A DNA stretch of 64,000 nt, taken from Candidatus Latescibacterota bacterium. Lineage in GTDB: Bacteria > Latescibacterota > UBA2968 > GCA-2709665. Location of the stretch: positions 3,648,001 through 3,712,000 of the forward strand of contig OZ242180.1 of the NCBI GenBank assembly GCA_965205485.1. Reading direction: 5' to 3'. Positions within the stretch are counted from its first letter, which is position 1; the number at the start of each line of letters is the position of its first letter. The notes below the pieces were generated by a model, which saw nothing but the letters and a program-made list of their open reading frames with translations, had not been told where the DNA came from and made no database searches. Made by a program: the position numbers and the translations under genes. Below are positions 8,218 to 17,598 of the stretch, piece by piece.

Positions 8218-9045
8218 ATGCCTTTTCCAGAACCACTCAAGAGAAGGGTCCGTGAACAGGCACTTTTCCACTGCTGTATATGCCAGAAGATATCTGTCAG
8301 TTTGGAAATCCATCATATCATCCCAGAAGCAGCAGGCGGGCCGGATACGGAGGATAACGCGGCACCACTATGCCCCGGCTGTCACGGTGATTTTGGAGGT
8401 AACCCGGAAAAGCGTTCTCGGATTCGAGAGATGCGAGATCGCTGGTACGATATATCCGAGAATTGTGTTATTGGATCCACAAGAAATCCAATGCCAGATT
8501 CTCTTGAAACTGATCGATATTCATTTGCCTGTGACGAGTTTGTCCATCCTCTGATTGTTCGTGAGTTGTTAGGATGGATTTCCGATACATCAGAGACGAT
8601 TGTTGGAGTGGATCTTGAATCGGCCAACACGAGCAATCGGTTCCATGGTGACTTCGAGATAGATGATCGCGATGGCAGAAAGTGGGTGAAGTGGAACGAA
8701 CCTGAGAGTGCCCGGAGAGGGTTTTTCAAATACGCACACATTGCGACTTCGCCAACCGGAGTTGAAATGGTGGAGTGCTACGATTGTGGTGGAGGTAGTG
8801 GCGTATTTGGAAGTGTTGGGCTATTCCTTATTGATCCAGATCGAGCTTTAGACGAATCTTGTTCAGGAAAAATACCCACGCGGGATCGCCAGGTGCTTAA
8901 GGTCCTCGGATCAGTTCGTTTGGGGGATAGATACGTTGGCGAGATTACGTACAATGATAAGATCCTTGCCATTAGTCCAGACGAGGGTAGGATCAGATCT
9001 CTCGGAAGCACTTCAGAGTCGTGCCGCAAGTACCGTATTTTATAG
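8218..9045 (+). CDS. HNH endonuclease with uncharacterised C-terminal domain
   Basis: CCIC..EIHHIIP..GG..EDNAAPLCPGCH; visibly lower GC than backbone. Confidence 0.85.
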   Translation: MPFPEPLKRRVREQALFHCCICQKISVSLEIHHIIPEAAGGPDTEDNAAPLCPGCHGDFGGNPEKRSRIREMRDRWYDISENCVIGSTRNPMPDSLETDRYSFACDEFVHPLIVRELLGWISDTSETIVGVDLESANTSNRFHGDFEIDDRDGRKWVKWNEPESARRGFFKYAHIATSPTGVEMVECYDCGGGSGVFGSVGLFLIDPDRALDESCSGKIPTRDRQVLKVLGSVRLGDRYVGEITYNDKILAISPDEGRIRSLGSTSESCRKYRIL

Positions 9046-9098
9046 CAGTTCATCCTTTCCTTACATCCAATTCGTCACGATGATAACTCAGGCCCATT

Positions 9099-10532
9099 GT
9101 GCCCAATCCCATTAACCCATATCCTGCCTACAATCCTCCGAGTGTCGAATGGATCGGCGATGTGCCGGCGCATTGGGAAATTAGGCGACTCCGCACCGTC
9201 GCTGAGTTGCGTGTCAGTAACGTGGATAAGCACACTAAGGAGGGTGAAATTCCCATTCGGCTCTGCAATTACGCCGATGTGTACAAGAACGACCGTATCA
9301 CTTCGGCCATGCCATTCATGAATGCAACGGCTTCGCAGGGTGAAATCGAGAAATTCCATCTGAAGAAAGGTGATGTCCTCATTACCAAGGACTCAGAGAC
9401 TTGGGACGATATTGGGGTTCCCGCCCTGGTAACGGAGCCAGCCATGAACCTTATTTCTGGCTACCATTTGGCTTTGCTCCGGCCTTTCAAGGAGGCGATA
9501 GGGCCGTACCTGGCTCTGACGTTGCAGAGTAAGCCGGTTGCGTATCAGTTTCACGTGCGGGCGAATGGCGTAACAAGGTACGGCCTTACTCACGCTGGGA
9601 TCCAGTCCGTTCGTATCCCGCTCCCACCCCTCCTCGAACAAAACGCCATCGTCCGCTTCCTCGACCACGCCGACCGACGTATCCGGCGCTACATCCGTGC
9701 GAAGCAGAAGCAGATTGCGCTGCTGGAGGAGCAAAAGCAGGCTATTATCCACCACGCCGTCACGGGCCAGATCGACGTCCGAACCGGCCAGCCCTACCCG
9801 GCCTATAAGGACTCAGGTGTGGAGTGGCTGGTGGAGGTGCCGGTGCATTGGGCGGTACTTCCTCTGAAGAGGGCTTTTGGCTCTATGGAGTACGGAATCT
9901 CAGATTCGGGATCCGATGACGGCACTATTGGCCTGCTCACAATGGGGAACGTTCGTGACGGAACGGTAACGGTACCAACGTACGGCGGAGTCACCTCTGT
10001 TGATCCGACCCTGCTACTGCAGGACAAGGATCTACTCTTTAACCGCACAAATAGCCCTGATCTGGTAGCCAAAGTCGGTCTGTTTCGTTCCCAAGGGAGA
10101 CCAATAACTTTCGCTTCGTATCTCGTGCGAATGCGAACCGGCCCTGAAAACAGTCCAGAATACCTAAATCTGCTCTTGAACGATGTAGGCTTCGTGTCTG
10201 TCGCACGAAGAGCAGCAATTCCCAGTCTACATCAGTCGAATCTCAATCCAACCCGTTACGGTCGTCTGAAGATTCCACTTCCTCCTCAGTCTGAACAGGA
10301 GGCAATCGTCCAAGGTGTAACCGAGTGGTCGTCGGTCGTTAATTCTGCGATTGTGAAAACGAACCGTGAAATCGATCACTTACGCGAATACCGCACCCGC
10401 CTGATCGCCGATGTCGTCACCGGCAAGCTCGATGTACGCGATGCGGCGGCTGAACTACCTGAAGAAGACCTCTCGGGTGACGCAGAGGAATCGGCTGAAG
10501 AGTATAAAATCAAAACGGACTTGACCGTATGA
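9099..10532 (+). CDS. hsdS: Type I RM specificity subunit HsdS
   Basis: Two PYPAY..VEW..VPxHW repeats, two TRDs, PLPP..EQ motifs, RTRLIADVVTGKLDVR, acidic tail. Confidence 0.95.
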   Translation: MPNPINPYPAYNPPSVEWIGDVPAHWEIRRLRTVAELRVSNVDKHTKEGEIPIRLCNYADVYKNDRITSAMPFMNATASQGEIEKFHLKKGDVLITKDSETWDDIGVPALVTEPAMNLISGYHLALLRPFKEAIGPYLALTLQSKPVAYQFHVRANGVTRYGLTHAGIQSVRIPLPPLLEQNAIVRFLDHADRRIRRYIRAKQKQIALLEEQKQAIIHHAVTGQIDVRTGQPYPAYKDSGVEWLVEVPVHWAVLPLKRAFGSMEYGISDSGSDDGTIGLLTMGNVRDGTVTVPTYGGVTSVDPTLLLQDKDLLFNRTNSPDLVAKVGLFRSQGRPITFASYLVRMRTGPENSPEYLNLLLNDVGFVSVARRAAIPSLHQSNLNPTRYGRLKIPLPPQSEQEAIVQGVTEWSSVVNSAIVKTNREIDHLREYRTRLIADVVTGKLDVRDAAAELPEEDLSGDAEESAEEYKIKTDLTV

Positions 10533-10725
10533 AGGTCCTGAGCACCTGCCCGGCCGCTCAATTGATCGGGGAGGCCGTTCAAGAGCGTGCAATTGCACCT
10601 GGTGACCCAACAGCAACTCCAAGACTGATGCGTTATGTGCCTTGGTGGGCGACGGAGTGATCCGATACTGGTACTTGATGACGATGTTGTTCAGGCAACC
10701 GAATCGAGCATGAAATACCCATATA

Positions 10726-10740
10726 TGATAATTATTATCA
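10726..10740. promoter_or_regulatory. Perfect 7-1-7 palindrome TGATAAT-T-ATTATCA (Fur-box-like)
   Basis: Exact match to the TGATAATnATTATCA consensus, inside an AT-rich patch. Confidence 0.4.
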
Positions 10741-10785
10741 ATAAATTATGTTGATCAAGTCGTACTTGACGGGTACTTGATAACT

Positions 10786-10818
10786 GTGGCCGCCGACACA
10801 ACCGGAATTGGACTTGAG
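10786..10818 (+). pseudogene. hsdR 5' relic 1
   Basis: GTG-AADTTGIGLE versus HsdR GTG-NTDTTESGLE; 22/33 nt. Confidence 0.55.
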
Positions 10819-10930
10819 TCGAAACAATTCGGTACACATTCCGCAGGAACCACCCGCGTTAACGCCCAATTGAAAGTCCACCGTTGAAAACTTCAACAAG
10901 ACTCATTTTAGTCCCTCGCCGCCACAAGTG

Positions 10931-10978
10931 TTGCCCATCGCCCGGCAAATGTTTATATTGTGTAACACAGAAACTGTG
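10931..10978 (+). promoter_or_regulatory. Sigma70-like promoter TTGCCC-17-TATATT with overlapping inverted-repeat operator
   Basis: tgtgt-a-acaca and cacag-aaa-ctgtg palindromes, conserved in the copy at 12040-12087. Confidence 0.7.
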
Positions 10979-10989
10979 AGGATGTGACT

Positions 10990-11181
10990 ATGAGAAATAT
11001 TACCGTTTCCGTCGACGAAGAGACCCATCGGCTCGCCCGTATCCGTGCGGCAGAGTTGGACACGTCGGTATCGGCACTCGTGCGAGACTTCCTGAAGAAC
11101 CTGGCTGCCGACCGCGTCGGCGGAACAGCGGCCGCAAGGCAGGACGTTGAGTCCGCAGCCGAACGTCGTCGCGGGATGTAG
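10990..11181 (+). pseudogene. Truncated RHH (VapB-like) antitoxin, paralog of 12099-12461, without toxin
   Basis: MRNITVSVDEETHRLARIRAAELDTSVS identical to the paralog; early TAG. Confidence 0.75.
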
Positions 11182-11273
11182 CACGCGGTGATTGAGAAAA
11201 TCACTACCAATGGCGGCCGATTCAGTTGTGGTGAACCACAACACGTTTACGGTTTGATCGCAGACACCTGACG

Positions 11274-11327
11274 GACGTTGAAGGACCTGCAGAAGAGCGC
11301 ACAGTTGCAGCGGAGGTGAGAATATGA
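11274..11327 (+). pseudogene. hsdS 3' tail relic
   Basis: DVEGPAEERTVAAEVRI* versus HsdS DAEESAEEYKIKTDLTV* (33/54 nt, stop in register); ATGA overlap with next gene. Confidence 0.6.
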
Positions 11328-11566
11328 TTGACTGGTCGAAATGCCCGGTCGTGGAGAGCGTGCCTGGGAAGGTGAGCGGGGCCTGGGTGTTCAAAGGAAC
11401 CCGGCTGCCGCTGTACGTCCTCTTTGAGAACCTTGCGGCGGGCGCGACCATCCACGACTTCATCGAGTGGTTCGGAGGTGTGGATGAATCGGAGGTGAAG
11501 GCAGTGCTGGAGCATGTGGCACAGGAGCTCCGTACAAGGGTGGTTCATGCGCATCCTGTTCGATAA
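11324..11566 (+). CDS. DUF433 antitoxin
   Basis: VESVPGKVSGAWVFKGTRLPL..LFENLAAG. Confidence 0.9.
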   Translation: MIDWSKCPVVESVPGKVSGAWVFKGTRLPLYVLFENLAAGATIHDFIEWFGGVDESEVKAVLEHVAQELRTRVVHAHPVR

Positions 11567-11882
11567 CGGGACACCCAGGCAGTTGCGCGTCCGGCTCTTT
11601 GGCCATGTCGTCGAAGAGGCCAGGGAACGCGGATGGGACGGTTTGGCCAACGGAGACTTGCTGGACCGTGCTGAAGAATTCGGCTTCGATGTCTTGATCA
11701 CGACCGACCAAAGCATCCAATATCAGCAGAACATGCCAGACAGACAGGTGGCCGTGGTTGTCTTGATGCAAACCGCTTGGCCGCGCATCTCGCAGAGAAC
11801 GGAAGCCATCCGCGTTGCATTGGACGAAATCCAGCCCGGCGAAGTCCGGGAAGTCCACATCCCGGCGATAGGCGAAACATAG
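11547..11882 (+). CDS. DUF5615/VapC45-like PIN toxin
   Basis: MRILFDNGTP, NGDLL, LITTDQSIQYQQN. Confidence 0.88.
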   Translation: MRILFDNGTPRQLRVRLFGHVVEEARERGWDGLANGDLLDRAEEFGFDVLITTDQSIQYQQNMPDRQVAVVVLMQTAWPRISQRTEAIRVALDEIQPGEVREVHIPAIGET

Positions 11883-11884
11883 CG

Positions 11885-11986
11885 CGGATCAACGACGCCA
11901 GCAAGAAAGGGCTGGAGCGTCCTGTATGAACGACCCTGGTCGGCCATCGCTGCAATCGCCTCCGGGGTCCGATTGTAGGGGACAGG
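11885..11986 (+). pseudogene. hsdR 5' relic 2
   Basis: DASKKGLERPV*TTLVGHRC..IVGD aligns ungapped with HsdR DTTESGLERLICAALTGQGC..TVGE (TGC changed to TGA). Confidence 0.75.
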
Positions 11987-12039
11987 TTTCGCAGGCGCCT
12001 TTACCAGGTCAACGATGGTAACCCGTCCTGCCGCAGGTC

Positions 12040-12087
12040 TTGTCCGTGGGCCGGTTGATGACCATACTGTGTTACACAGAAACTGTG
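12040..12087 (+). promoter_or_regulatory. Promoter TTGTCC-17-CATACT with operator ctgtgt-t-acacag / cacag-aaa-ctgtg
   Basis: Spacing and palindromes; duplicated at 10931-10978. Confidence 0.7.
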
Positions 12088-12098
12088 AGGTTGTGACT

Positions 12099-12461
12099 AT
12101 GAGAAATATCACCGTATCCGTCGACGAAGAGACACATCGGCTCGCGCGCATCCGTGCGGCAGAATTGGACACGTCGGTATCGTCCCTCGTGCGAGACTTT
12201 CTGAAGAGTCTGGCAGAGAACCCGGACACGGATGGCGAATCCGGTTCCGGGTCTGTCGAAACCATCTATCAGCGTCGGTGCAGGCTGCTGCGGGAAGTGC
12301 TCGCGGACTTCGATAGACAGGGCATCGGGTTGCGGATGTCCGACAACCTTCCCAGGGAGGCGTTGTACGATCGCAACGCGGCAAGGGCCGAAGCTGTCGC
12401 CGAGCGGGAGCGGCAGCGCAGTATCTCCGAAGCACTCGGATCCTCACCATGCGATTCGTAG
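12099..12461 (+). CDS. RHH antitoxin (VapB-like)
   Basis: N-terminal ribbon-helix-helix; C-terminal LPREALYDR; overlaps vapC. Confidence 0.85.
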   Translation: MRNITVSVDEETHRLARIRAAELDTSVSSLVRDFLKSLAENPDTDGESGSGSVETIYQRRCRLLREVLADFDRQGIGLRMSDNLPREALYDRNAARAEAVAERERQRSISEALGSSPCDS

Positions 12462-12874
12462 ATACCAACATTCTGCTGTATGCTGTCAGCGAGATCCCGG
12501 AGGAGGCCGACAAGCGGGCGCGGGCGGCGGAAGTCCTGACGGAACCCGACCTCGCTGCGTCCGTTCAGGTGCTGCAGGAGTTCTACCACCAGGCCACCCG
12601 GCCGACTCGAATCGGCAGTCTTTCTGGCAATAAAGCATTGCAATTCCTGGAGCCGATTCTGCTTTTTCGGATTCAGACCATGTCGACGGACGTATTTCTC
12701 AATGCCATTGCCATTAGCCGACGATTTCGCCTTTCCTACTGGGATGGCGCAATTCTCGCCGCAGCCCGTGCCTTGGGCTGCGATGCCGTGTACTCCGAGG
12801 ATTTGAGCACAGAACAGGACTACGACGGCCTCCGGGTCATCAATCCGTTCACGCACCAACAGGCTCCGCAGTGA
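12449..12874 (+). CDS. vapC: PIN-domain toxin VapC
   Basis: FVDTNILLY, QVLQEF, SYWDGAI, YSEDL, RVINPF. Confidence 0.93.
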   Translation: MRFVDTNILLYAVSEIPEEADKRARAAEVLTEPDLAASVQVLQEFYHQATRPTRIGSLSGNKALQFLEPILLFRIQTMSTDVFLNAIAISRRFRLSYWDGAILAAARALGCDAVYSEDLSTEQDYDGLRVINPFTHQQAPQ

Positions 12875-15872
12875 ACACAGACACCACCGAGAGCGGGCTT
12901 GAACGCCTGATTTGCGCCGCCCTGACAGGCCAGGGTTGCGAGCCGCCTGTTTCAGGCACCGTGGGAGAACCGCCCGCCGGTTACGGCGGTGTCGGCTGGA
13001 GCTGCGGCAATCACCACGACTATGACCGTGAGTTCTGCGTCGATCTGGCGCAGCTGTCGGCATTCCTGCACGCCACCCAGCCGGAGGCCGCCGAGGCGTT
13101 GCCGCTTTCTGAAGACGGTCCCGTGCGGCGCGCATTCCTGACCCGTCTCCAGGGCGAAATCAGCAAGCGCGGCACCATCGACGTGCTGCGCAACGGGATC
13201 AAGCACGGAGCGTTGAATCTGGACCTGTTCTACGGCACGCCGTCGGCCGGCAATCCGCAGGCACAGGAATTGTTCGAACTGAACCGGTTTACCGTTACGC
13301 GACAGCTTCGCTACAGCCGGGACGATGCGCAGCGGGCGCTGGACATCGGGCTGTTCATCAACGGGCTGCCGGTGTTCACGTTCGAGTTGAAGAACAGTCT
13401 CACCAAACAGACGGTGGACGATGCGGTCTGGCAGTACAAAAAGGACCGCAACCCGCGTGAAAAGCTGTTCGAGTTCGGGCGGTGCATCGCGCACTTCGCG
13501 TTGGACGAACGCGAGGTGCGTTTTTGTACGCACCTGAAGGGGAAGGCGTCCTGGTTCCTTCCCTTCAACCGCGGCTGGAACGACGGGGCGGGCAACCCGC
13601 CCAATCCGGACGGTCTTTCAATCGCCTATCTCTGGCGCGAAGTCCTCACCCGGGAGAGTCTCACCAACATCCTCGAGAATTACGCGCAGGTGGTGGCGTC
13701 GAAGGACGAAAAGAGCGGAAGGCAGCGAAAGACTCAGATCTGGCCGCGCTACCATCAACTCGACGTGGTGCGCCGCCTGCTGGCCGACGCGGGCGACCGC
13801 GGCGCCGGTCAGCGCTACCTGATCCAGCACTCCGCCGGCAGCGGCAAGAGCAACTCCATCGCCTGGCTCGCGCACCAGTTGATCGGACTGGAGAAGGACG
13901 ACGCTCCGGTCTTCGACTCGATCATCGTCGTCACCGACAGGGTCATCCTGGACCGTCAGATCCGCGACACGATCAAGCAATACGCCCAGGTGGCGGCAAC
14001 GGTCGGACACGCCGACCGCTCGGGCGATCTTCGTGAGTTCATCGAAAGCGGGAAGAAGATCATCATTTCCACGGTCCAGAAGTTTCCGTTCATTCTGGAC
14101 GAGATCGGCAATGAACAGCAGGGGAAGCGCTTCGCCATCATCATCGACGAAGCCCACTCGAGCCAGGGGGGTCGTACCAGCGCGGCGATGGCTCAGGCGC
14201 TGTCGGAGGCAGGCGAAGAGGACGATCAGGATACCTTCGAGGACCGGATCAACCGCCTGATGGAGTCGCGCAAGCTCCTGCCCAACGCCAGCTACTTCGC
14301 GTTTACCGCCACGCCGAAGAACAAGACGCTCGAGATCTTCGGCGCTCCGGAACCGCAGCCGGACGGTTCGGTGAGGCATCGCGCCTTCCACAGCTACACC
14401 ATGAAGCAGGCGATCCAGGAAGGATTCATCCTGGACGTACTGTCGCACTATACGCCTGTGGCGAGCTACTACAAGCTTGCCAAGACGGTTGAAGACGACC
14501 CCGAGTTCGACGCTCGAAAGGCGCAGAAGAAGCTGCGCCGCTTCGTGGAGGGCAGCGATCACGCGATCCGCCTGAAGGCCGAGATCATGGTCGACCACTT
14601 CCACGACCAGGTGCTGAAGCAGGGCAAGATCGGCGGCGCGGCGCGGGCGATGGTGGTCACGAACGGCATCGAGCGCGCGATTCAGTACTATCACGCCATC
14701 CGCGACTATCTCAAGGAGCGCAAGAGCCAATTTGAGGCGCTGGTCGCGTTCTCCGGCGAACACGACTTCGGCGGCGGCAGGGTAAGCGAGGCGTCGCTGA
14801 ACGGCCTGCCTTCGGCCCAGATCGCCAGGCGATTTCAGGAGGATCCGTACCGGTTCCTGGTGTGCGCGGACAAATTTCAGACCGGCTACGATGAGCCCCT
14901 GCTGCACACCATGTACGTAGACAAGACGCTGTCCGGCATCAAGGCCGTGCAGACGCTGTCTCGCCTCAACCGGGCCCACCCGAAGAAGCACGACGTGTTC
15001 GTTTTCGACTTTCTCAACGACACCGATACGATTCAAGACGCGTTTTCTGACTTCTACCGGACGACGATTCTGGCCGATGAGACCGACCCGAACAAGCTGC
15101 ACGACCTGCAGGCGAACTGGACGGACCCCAGGTCTATTCTGAAACGCAGGTCGACGAGTTTGTGCGGCTCTATCTGGAAGGGGTGGAACGCGACCGGCTG
15201 GATCCTATTCTGGACGCTTGTGTCGCGGTCTATCGACACGACCTTGACGAAGACGGCCAGGTTGCATTCAAGGGCAACGCCAAAGCATTCGTGCGTACGT
15301 ACGCCTTTCTTTCGTCCGTGCTTCCGTATAACGTTGCCGAATGGGAAAAACGTTCGATTTTCCTGAACTTCCTGGTGCCGAAGTTGCCGGCGCCCGAGGA
15401 AGAGGACCTCTCCAAGGGAATCCTGGACGCGATCGATCTGGACAGTTATCGGGTGGAGAAGCGGGCGATGCAACGGATCCTGTTGGAGGACGAAGATGCC
15501 GAGATCGATCCGGTACCGGGTTCAGGGGGAGGGCATCAACCGGAGCTGGAATTGGATCGACTTTCCAACATCATTCGGGAATTCAACGATAACTATGGGC
15601 ATATTAAATGGGCAGATGAAGACCGTGTACAGCAACTCATCGTCGAGACAATTCCCGCCCGCGTCGCCGCTGACACCGCGTTCCAAAACGCCCGGGTAAA
15701 CTCCGACCGGCAGAATGCACGGATCGAACACGACAAGGCGCTGCTGCGCGTGATGACCGCCATGATGAAGGACGACACCCAGCTATTCAAGAATTTCATG
15801 GACAATCCTGGCTTTAAGCGCTGGATGACTAACAAGGTGTTCGGACTTGCGTACAATCCGGTAGAGAGGTAA
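12871..15872 (+). CDS. hsdR: Type I RM restriction subunit HsdR, split by a -1 frameshift at ~15114
   Basis: FELKN, HSAGSGKS, DEAH, FTATP, FQTGYD; one restored G gives LHDLQAELDGPQVYS running into ORF 15162-15872. Confidence 0.93.
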
Positions 15873-15996
15873 CGTAGGTCACGCTGTGTGTCCGTTTAAT
15901 GGCTTGATTCGGACAGAAGATACCGGAGACAATCTCGCACACACAGTCCACAGGCAATGTAATTCGGATTCGAACCGACTGCCGTGTAAATACTGC

Positions 15997-16200
15997 ATGA
16001 AGATTCGGGAACTATTGAGAGAATTGCGCAAGGACGGATGGTACGAGGTGCGCCGCCGCGGGAGCCACCGGGTGTTGCGACATTCGACAAAGCGTGGCAT
16101 CGTCGTGGTTGCTGGGAACCCCAACGCGGATATCAAGGCCGGTACGCTGAGCCAGGTACTCAAACAGGCCGGATTGAAAGAGAACGACATGGAGGATTAA
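15997..16200 (+). CDS. hicA: HicA toxin
   Basis: LRKDGW..RRRGSH..H..IKAGTLSQVLKQAGL. Confidence 0.9.
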   Translation: MKIRELLRELRKDGWYEVRRRGSHRVLRHSTKRGIVVVAGNPNADIKAGTLSQVLKQAGLKENDMED

Positions 16201-16201
16201 G

Positions 16202-16423
16202 ATGGCACAGACTGAGTATCTTGTCATTGTAGAGAATTACGGCCACGGGTCGTACGGGGCGTATGTACCGGAACTTCCGGGGATTGGCGTTGCGGGTGAG
16301 ACGGAGGAGCAAGTGCGCGACCTGGTTGCCGAAGCTATCAGGTTGTATCTAGACGAACTTGAGCGGGATGGTGAGTCGAAGTCGACTTCGGTAGTGGTGA
16401 ACCACTACACCGTTACGGTCTAA
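16202..16423 (+). CDS. hicB: HicB antitoxin (short form)
   Basis: YGAYVPELPG..AGETEEQ..EAIRLYL. Confidence 0.9.
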   Translation: MAQTEYLVIVENYGHGSYGAYVPELPGIGVAGETEEQVRDLVAEAIRLYLDELERDGESKSTSVVVNHYTVTV

Positions 16424-16437
16424 CCCTCGGTGCCCGA

Positions 16438-16476
16438 CGGCTTTCAACCCCGCGATGCCGGAGTGCTTGAAAGCCG
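16438..16476. terminator. Inverted repeat after hicB
   Basis: cggctttcaa..ttgaaagccg 10-bp stem, no clear U-tract. Confidence 0.4.
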
Positions 16477-16577
16477 GTTGATTCGACATCACACCGCTCT
16501 GGATGTTATCTTAAGTAGTACGGTAGGGAGAGATAGATGAAAATCGTATATGTAATCAGATCGCTCACGGGACTGCG

Positions 16578-17444
16578 ATGAACAAGAGGTATGCCCCTGT
16601 AGAGAGGTGCATCTACTGCGGTACAAACGAAGGACCTCTTGGTGACGAGCACATTGTCCCGCTTGCGCTCGGTGGCCGACTAATCCTGCCTAAATCAAGT
16701 TGTAGAGATTGCGAGAAGATAATAAATCGTCAGGTCGAAGGGCCAATCTTACAGAGTGAATGGGGAGATTTCCGGATTAAACACAATTTTCCGACGCGAA
16801 ACAAGAAAGGTCGACGTTCTACATCCGAGTTACGTCGGCCCGACGGATCGAAAATGCGCATTCCCATCCGCGAACACGCAACGCCTGTTCCTTTATATCA
16901 ATTCCGGGATGCACGTTTACTTTCAGGAGGTCAGGCTCGCGAAAACGACTTTACAGTATCCATGCTTGCAAGTCACACAGACGAAATGGCGATGCAGAAG
17001 AGGCATGAAGAGTGGGACCGTACGCATACATTCGTGGCTGAGCCATACCGATTTGCTCGATGGATCGCGAAGATTGCATATAGCTATGCAGTTGCAGAAC
17101 TCGGAGGAAGGTTGTTCATGCCTCTTGTTACTGATGTGATTCTTGGGAAATCCGAAGACGTTCTGTCCATCGTCGGAGGATCCAAGTCTCCGCACAAAGG
17201 AACTCTTTCTGGAACAATCGAAGTAAAGACCAGCTTTCAAATTGAAGTACGAACAGCGCAATATGGTATGGGATTGGTAGGACTCTTGATCGTACACGTG
17301 CAATTGCTAGAACCGTTAGCGATACCCTCGTACCACACTGTGGTTGGCATCATTGACTTTGCGAATCCCCATCATTGCGAGGAATTCGAAAAATTCCGCG
17401 TGCAGCATCGATGGCAGCCAAATGAAATTGGAGGAAGTGCGTAG
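16578..17444 (+). CDS. HNH endonuclease family protein
   Basis: CIYCG..DEHIVPLALGG..SCRDC; lower GC. Confidence 0.85.
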   Translation: MNKRYAPVERCIYCGTNEGPLGDEHIVPLALGGRLILPKSSCRDCEKIINRQVEGPILQSEWGDFRIKHNFPTRNKKGRRSTSELRRPDGSKMRIPIREHATPVPLYQFRDARLLSGGQARENDFTVSMLASHTDEMAMQKRHEEWDRTHTFVAEPYRFARWIAKIAYSYAVAELGGRLFMPLVTDVILGKSEDVLSIVGGSKSPHKGTLSGTIEVKTSFQIEVRTAQYGMGLVGLLIVHVQLLEPLAIPSYHTVVGIIDFANPHHCEEFEKFRVQHRWQPNEIGGSA

Positions 17445-17598
17445 ACTTGGGAAAGGGACTTCCGACGGGTTCCGCTAACTCCACCTATCTTTCGCATTCT
17501 AGCGGGATATCGGAGTATATTCGGCGGGCGGGTAGAAGCTTGGCAGCAGATACGGACCGCGGAAGCGGGTGGATTCTTCTACCCCGTTCCGCGTTTCT

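Noticed and set aside
9099..10532. hsdS shufflon (invertible TRDs)
   Set aside because: One hsdS only; no inverted silent TRDs and no recombinase nearby
10725..10760. dif/Xer site (ttatgttga)
   Set aside because: Only a partial XerD-like arm; no XerC arm at the correct spacing
13618..15102. Long antisense ORFs (also 48119-50455 and 54687-56210)
   Set aside because: Shadow frames of GC-rich genes (hsdR, dnaE2, recG) with no recognisable motifs
15100..15130. Programmed frameshift or phase variation in hsdR
   Set aside because: No slippery heptamer or simple-sequence tract
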